Part shown: one piece after another, positions 6,743 to 10,579 of the stretch
How positions within the stretch are numbered: position 1 is the first letter of the stretch
Layout: each line of letters opens with the position of its first letter
NCBI GenBank assembly: GCA_035289485.1
Contig: DATDXA010000056.1
Coordinates: 1-10,579 of the forward strand
Length of the DNA: 10,579 nt
Source: an archaeon
GTDB taxonomy: Archaea; Iainarchaeota; Iainarchaeia; Iainarchaeales; Iainarchaeaceae
Reading direction: 5' to 3'
Program-made: the position numbers and the translations under genes
Notes under the pieces: model-generated
Database searches by the model: none
Told to the model about the DNA's origin: nothing
What the model saw: only the letters and a program-made list of their open reading frames with translations

Positions 6743-7357
6743 ATGTTCAATTTACGGGAACTTCTGGATATTTTTCTTAGAAAAACTCCAATAGAGGCGT
6801 TTGCCGGAAGGCGCATTGCACTTTCAACGGGCGCAGTGACTTATGCAATTTCATTTCTCGTGGTTGCAGTTCTCATGCTTGTTGAAATAATGATTTTTAG
6901 GTTCGGATATTTCATTTTGAATAAGGAGGGGTTTGTGCCGTTCCTTATAGGCGCTGGCCTCATTTTAGTTTCCGCAATAATTATCATCCCAATCGCGCTC
7001 ATTGCAGGCTTTGTGTGCGCATACATATGGGGCGCAATCCATTATTTCCTCGCGCGCTTCTTTAGCAATAAGCCAGGGAGCTTAAATGATTTCAACGGCT
7101 CGCTAATTACGCTTTTTTCTTCGGTAAAATTCGCAGAGGGGCTGATTTTGCTGATTCCTGTAATCGGCTGGCTCGTTGCCGCAGTGATGCCGCTTTATGG
7201 GCTGTTTCTCACTTTCAAGTTCATGAAAGAGAAGTTCAATCTCACAGAGCCGCAGGCGGCAATAGTTGTGCTGCTCCCCTTCAACATAGCACTTGGCGCG
7301 CTTCTCCTTGTAGGCCTTGCCGTTTCATTTGCACTTGTCGGAACGCGCCTGTTCTAA
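6743..7357 (+). CDS. Yip1-domain membrane protein (204 aa)
   Basis: About 5 TM segments; 'IWGAIHYFLARFF..KPGS', 'LIPVIGWL', 'FNLTEPQAAIVVLLP' are typical of prokaryotic Yip1 proteins; ATG 6743 preferred over TTG 6734. Confidence 0.65.
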   Translation: MFNLRELLDIFLRKTPIEAFAGRRIALSTGAVTYAISFLVVAVLMLVEIMIFRFGYFILNKEGFVPFLIGAGLILVSAIIIIPIALIAGFVCAYIWGAIHYFLARFFSNKPGSLNDFNGSLITLFSSVKFAEGLILLIPVIGWLVAAVMPLYGLFLTFKFMKEKFNLTEPQAAIVVLLPFNIALGALLLVGLAVSFALVGTRLF

Positions 7358-7378
7358 ACTGGAAAATTTCAGTTGCGC

Positions 7379-9271
7379 CTATTTCAATGCTTTTGTAATC
7401 TCTTTTTTTAGAAGATCGCTAATTTCCTTTCCGGAAATTTTTCCCTTTAGTTCTTTCATCGCATCGCCCATAAGAGGCGCGAGCGCTCCCATTCCCTTTT
7501 CCTTTACAATTGCGGAGTTTCTTGCAACGACTTCCTGAATTATTTTCTCCGCCTCTTTCTTGTCAGTTCCCGCAGCCCCCAGTCCTTTGAGTATGTGCAA
7601 GAGCGGCACTGCGGGATTGCGGCACTTTTCTGCAATCACTTCTGTTTGTATCTCTTTGGGGAGCTTCCCGCCCTTAATTGCAATTATGAATTCTTCAAGT
7701 TCGCGCTCGCCAAGATTTTCCACAGCTGCGCCCTCGCGCCTTGCTTCCACAATGGCTTCGAGCAAAAATACCGCGGTTTTCTTAGGGTCTGCTCCCGAAT
7801 CAACCATTCTTCCAAAGAAGCGCGCGTAATTGCTCATTTTCATCTCGCCGGCAAGCTTTTCATTCAGCCCCCATTCCTTGTAGAGCTTGAGGCGCTCTTC
7901 GATGCTCAGGGGAAGGTGCGCTGAAATTTCCTGCAGCGTTTCATCATCCATATCCATGGTTGCAATATCAGTTTCCGGATACATCCTTGCGGCTCCTGGC
8001 AGGGGCCTTAGGTATTCATTGTTTCCGCCCTCAAGCGCTCCGCGTGTCTCTTCAGGAACCCCTTCAAAGCAGTGCGCAGCCCTTTCAAGAATTGCTTTAA
8101 TTGCGGCACCTGCCTTTTCTCTCTGCCCTGCAACCATCACGAACGCATCTTCGGCTGCGCAGCCAAGTGAGGACTTCACACTCAAAACTTCCTGCTCCGT
8201 AATTCCATAATTTGGCAGCTCATCGCTGTGGAATAATCCTTTGAGCCCCGCTTTTGCCTTCACATGATCCGTGAATTCCGTTCCAAGCCTTCTATTGGGC
8301 TGCAGCTCTTTTCCCAAAAGCCCTGCAAATTTTTCAAGCTTCACGGCGATTGCGCTTTCGCCTTTTGAAATCGCGTTTTTGAGTATTTTCGCTTCAGTTC
8401 CTGAAAATAAATCGGTGATTTCAGTGCCTTCTGTACCCGATGCAGGCTTTTTAGCGCCGCGCTTTGCAAGCTCTGATTTTATTTCAAGAAGAGTGTTCTG
8501 CCTTTGCACTTCGCGGCGCACATATTCATCAATTATTTCAAGGTCCTGAACTCCTTTAATTTCAGTGCGAGCGCCTCCCCTTATTGAAACGTTCAAATCC
8601 TGCCTGATTGTTCCAAGGCCGCGCTTTACTTTTCCAGTGAGGCGAAAAATTGTTCCGATTGCGCGCGCAGCTTCCTTAGCTTCCTGCGGAGTTTCAATTC
8701 CGGGCTCAGTTGCAAGTTCAATTAGCGGAATTCCAAGCCTATCTAGCCTGTATGTGATATGCCAATCCCCCTTCTCCGTTGGGCGGGCTGAGTCCTCTTC
8801 AAGAACAATTGTCTGTATCCCTAGCTTCTTATTCCCCACATCAATCGAGCCGCCGGTAGCAACTAAAATGGTTCTTTGAAATCCGGAACAATTTGAACCA
8901 TCTGCGATTGCTTTGCGCATCACAATCATTTCATCTATCACTCGGCTCTTTGAAAGAAGTGCAACTTCTAATGTGGTCCTTAATGCATCGTCATCTAAAG
9001 GCGCAATTGGCTCTTCGTCAATTTCAATTAGCCCAATTGTGTCGTAATAACCTTCGTAAATATAGTATAATCCCTTTTCGACTGCCTCTATTGCCGCTTT
9101 GTCATGTTCTCCTAATTCAGATGCCACTGCCCTGATTCTCCTCTTAACTTTGAAATCCGGCGTATCCTCGCGTAGTAATGATGGTGTCCGAGAAAAAAGC
9201 TTGCCAGTATCAAGCTGCTGATGACACTCAAGGCCGCATTTCAACCCAAGTGCTTTGTAATCAAAGTCCAA
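7379..9271 (-). CDS. gatE: Glu-tRNA(Gln) amidotransferase subunit E
   Basis: 'DYKALGLKCGLECHQQL', 'DGSNCSGFQRT', 'LEEDSAR', 'LDRLGIPLIELAT', 'RGLGTIRQDLNVSI', 'GLFHSDELP', 'RPLPGAARMYPETD', AspRS-like insertion and C-terminal YqeY-like helices; TTG start; 630 aa. Confidence 0.97.
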   Translation of the reverse strand: MDFDYKALGLKCGLECHQQLDTGKLFSRTPSLLREDTPDFKVKRRIRAVASELGEHDKAAIEAVEKGLYYIYEGYYDTIGLIEIDEEPIAPLDDDALRTTLEVALLSKSRVIDEMIVMRKAIADGSNCSGFQRTILVATGGSIDVGNKKLGIQTIVLEEDSARPTEKGDWHITYRLDRLGIPLIELATEPGIETPQEAKEAARAIGTIFRLTGKVKRGLGTIRQDLNVSIRGGARTEIKGVQDLEIIDEYVRREVQRQNTLLEIKSELAKRGAKKPASGTEGTEITDLFSGTEAKILKNAISKGESAIAVKLEKFAGLLGKELQPNRRLGTEFTDHVKAKAGLKGLFHSDELPNYGITEQEVLSVKSSLGCAAEDAFVMVAGQREKAGAAIKAILERAAHCFEGVPEETRGALEGGNNEYLRPLPGAARMYPETDIATMDMDDETLQEISAHLPLSIEERLKLYKEWGLNEKLAGEMKMSNYARFFGRMVDSGADPKKTAVFLLEAIVEARREGAAVENLGERELEEFIIAIKGGKLPKEIQTEVIAEKCRNPAVPLLHILKGLGAAGTDKKEAEKIIQEVVARNSAIVKEKGMGALAPLMGDAMKELKGKISGKEISDLLKKEITKALK

Positions 9272-9362
9272 TGAAAAAACCCTTTGATATAAAACGGCAA
9301 ATTAATGCTTTAAACCTTCTCAGTAAACTACTTTTTAACTATTTCGACAATTGACGATGTAT

Positions 9363-9677
9363 ATGTCTGTATCTTTTCGCGTGCTGGAAACAAGGGCATT
9401 CGGAGAACTGTATCCTGCTTTAGATGCTTTTGAGCAAAATTGGATAAGTAAAATCATAGCGCAACTGAAGACAAATCCTTTCGCAGGAAAACCGCTGGGC
9501 TTTGAGTGGTTTCGGGAAAAGAAACTGGGCGGAAAAAGGCTCTATTACCTGATTTATCAAAAAGTCGGCATTGTCCTTCTTGTTGCCTTTGGCGGGAAAA
9601 AGGAGCAACAGAAAATCATAAGCCATATATTGCAAAATCTCAAGGAGTATGATGAACTGGTAGCCAAGGTTCAATGA
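9363..9677 (+). CDS. RelE/ParE-superfamily toxin-like protein (about 104 aa)
   Basis: 'FRVLETRAF...QLKTNPFAGKPLGFEWFREKKLGGKRLYYLIY...VLLVAFGGKK' follows the RelE pattern; start ATG 9363 (or 9357), TTTTTAA at 9332-9338. Confidence 0.75.
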   Translation: MSVSFRVLETRAFGELYPALDAFEQNWISKIIAQLKTNPFAGKPLGFEWFREKKLGGKRLYYLIYQKVGIVLLVAFGGKKEQQKIISHILQNLKEYDELVAKVQ

Positions 9678-9805
9678 ATGGCTTCCCTTATCCTTCCATT
9701 TTTTATGTCCTCAAGGCTCCTTTCAAGCTGGGTGATGACATCTGGAAGTTCCTTTTTCCTTTTGGGATTTTTGGTTTCTTTCCTTGAAATGGCAATCGTT
9801 TTCAT
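9671..9805 (-). CDS. Putative antitoxin peptide (44 aa), missed by the ORF track
   Basis: MKTIAISRKETKNPKRKKELPDVITQLERSLEDIKNGRIREAIH*; the C-terminal 'LERSLEDIKNGRI' resembles the (S/A)xxDIxxGR helix of RelE/YoeB-associated antitoxins; overlaps the toxin 3' end by 7 nt. Confidence 0.7.
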   Translation of the reverse strand: MKTIAISRKETKNPKRKKELPDVITQLERSLEDIKNGRIREAIH

Positions 9806-9825
9806 GAAATATTATTATTCGGCTG

Positions 9826-9833
9826 TTTATATA
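9826..9833 (-). promoter_or_regulatory. TATA box of the antitoxin-like gene
   Basis: TATATAAA on the minus strand, preceded by an A-rich BRE-like stretch, 20 nt upstream of ATG 9805. Confidence 0.55.
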
Positions 9834-9851
9834 TTTTTAACGCCGTGACGC

Positions 9852-10049
9852 TTAATTCCCGCGCAGCCTATACACTTTGTTTCTTCCAAGCCATTCGAAT
9901 TCAATTTCCGCGCCCATTCCTTCAAGGCAGCGAGAGCAAGTGCTTTTGTCCAAACCCGTGCGGCGTGCAACCTCGCGCACCCATAATCCAAAATTTGATG
10001 CTTTGAGAGCGGAGCGGATCTTATCTTCCTTGTCTGATTTGGGCTTCAC
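9852..10049 (-). CDS. Small winged helix-turn-helix DNA-binding protein (65 aa)
   Basis: 'KIRSALKASNFGLWVREVARRTGLDKSTCSRCLEGM...LGRNKVYRL' is an IclR/ArsR-like wHTH with wing; GTG start, in-frame TAA 8 codons upstream. Confidence 0.8.
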   Translation of the reverse strand: MKPKSDKEDKIRSALKASNFGLWVREVARRTGLDKSTCSRCLEGMGAEIEFEWLGRNKVYRLRGN

Positions 10050-10071
10050 ATCAAGAATGAGACATTTGTCT

Positions 10072-10079
10072 TATTTAAA
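10072..10079 (-). promoter_or_regulatory. TATA box of the wHTH gene
   Basis: TTTAAATA on the minus strand preceded by GAAAA (BRE-like), 22 nt upstream of GTG 10049. Confidence 0.55.
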
Positions 10080-10098
10080 TGTTTTCACACCTGCAGCT

Positions 10099-10143
10099 TT
10101 GCACGTAAAGTGGCAGTTGCACGTAAAGTCTGAATCTTGCACG
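10099..10143. repeat. Intergenic direct repeats: TTGCACGTAAAGT x2 plus TTGCACG
   Basis: Identical 13-mers at 10099-10111 and 10117-10129, and a 7-nt core at 10137-10143. Confidence 0.85.
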
Positions 10144-10144
10144 A

Positions 10145-10450
10145 TTAGTATGATTTAGCTTCTTCGTATTGTTTGAAAACTCGCCTAATTTCAATTAACG
10201 CCTCTTCTCCACACATAGCATTTACGTTTGATAGGGCGCCAAAATGTGAATTCTTCTTATATTTTTCAAGGTTATCATCCGAGGTCAAAATTACTGTTGA
10301 ATAGGGGCTGTAATTACCCATATATACCGCGGAGCGGATTATTGTGCCTTCCCCATCGGTTGCCTTTATGAAAAATGGTTTTTCCACGGGGTGAAATAAC
10401 CCATTCAAGTTTTCCGCAAGCTCCTTGTTTTCTTTTGCAACAGCTTTCAT
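10145..10450 (-). CDS. Hypothetical protein (101 aa); possibly the 3' remnant of an IS-interrupted gene
   Basis: The frame stays open upstream of ATG 10450 to the IS boundary (LSSDFEAA-MKAVAKENKEL...); no recognisable motif. Confidence 0.5.
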   Translation of the reverse strand: MKAVAKENKELAENLNGLFHPVEKPFFIKATDGEGTIIRSAVYMGNYSPYSTVILTSDDNLEKYKKNSHFGALSNVNAMCGEEALIEIRRVFKQYEEAKSY

Positions 10451-10475
10451 TGCGGCTTCAAAATCGGAACTTAGC

Positions 10476-10579
10476 TGTTACGTGACAGCGCTTATGGTTC
10501 CATTTTTTTGTTTGTCCCTGAACACTTGATTGGGCGTTTTGTATTTTAAGCTGGAGTGTGGCGTGCGGTTGTACTCGCG
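10476..10579 (-). mobile_element. Right end of an insertion sequence, probably IS481 family
   Basis: The transposase stop lies within ...GCTGTCACGTAACA-3'; this end reads 5'-TGT on the plus strand at 10476, matching the TGT...ACA termini of the IS481 family. The other end is outside the window. Confidence 0.6.
10478..10579 (-). CDS. C-terminus of a DDE integrase-core (rve) transposase, IS481/IS3-type (partial)
   Basis: Manual translation REYNRTPHSSLKYKTPNQVFRDKQKNGTISAVT*; YN-x-x-PHSSL-x-YKTP is the characteristic C-terminal motif of these transposases. Confidence 0.8.
   Translation of the reverse strand, partial: REYNRTPHSSLKYKTPNQVFRDKQKNGTISAVT

Noticed and set aside
2341..9135. Antisense and alternate-frame track ORFs overlapping the kinase-like gene, ychF, Lrp, cupin, Yip1 and gatE
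   Set aside because: They overlap well-supported genes, have no recognisable motifs and show the composition typical of antisense shadows.
9964..9970. Inverted copy (CGTGCAA) of the TTGCACG core inside the wHTH gene
   Set aside because: Only 7 bp and encodes the conserved V-A-R of the HTH, so it is explained by coding constraint or chance.
10099..10143. Possible CRISPR mini-array
   Set aside because: Repeats are 13 bp or less with 5-7 nt gaps, far below CRISPR repeat and spacer sizes; no cas genes.
9420..10158. Track ORFs 9420..9674 (-) and 9877..10158 (+)
   Set aside because: Antisense to the RelE-like and wHTH genes, with no independent motif or promoter support.

Overview
Archaeal genomic window (gatE, archaeal YchF/Ygr210-type GTPase, TATA-like boxes about 20-24 nt before most start codons); the gene set (tandem double Lrp, RelE-like pair, Cys-rich exported protein) suggests a DPANN lineage, which is an inference. 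The middle holds core or common genes: DUF1761 protein, ychF, double Lrp/AsnC regulator, mannose-6-P-isomerase-type cupin, Yip1 protein and gatE. Four coding regions are missing from the supplied ORF track: a >408-aa signal-peptide protein with three Cys modules (1..1224, -), a 58-aa membrane microprotein (5085..5261, -), a 44-aa antitoxin-like peptide (9671..9805, -) and the C-terminus of an IS481/IS3-type transposase (10478..10579, -). The most interesting observations are a tail-to-tail, separately promoted RelE-like toxin/antitoxin pair inside a small accessory island (wHTH gene with triple upstream repeat, probably IS-interrupted ORF, IS end), a kinase-fold protein with His at the catalytic Asp position directly downstream of ychF, a stand-alone half-LIM-like zinc finger, and a solo 3-TM protein with Pycsar-effector-like architecture. 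No tRNA, rRNA or CRISPR array was seen. No database searches were run; all family calls come from motif recognition.
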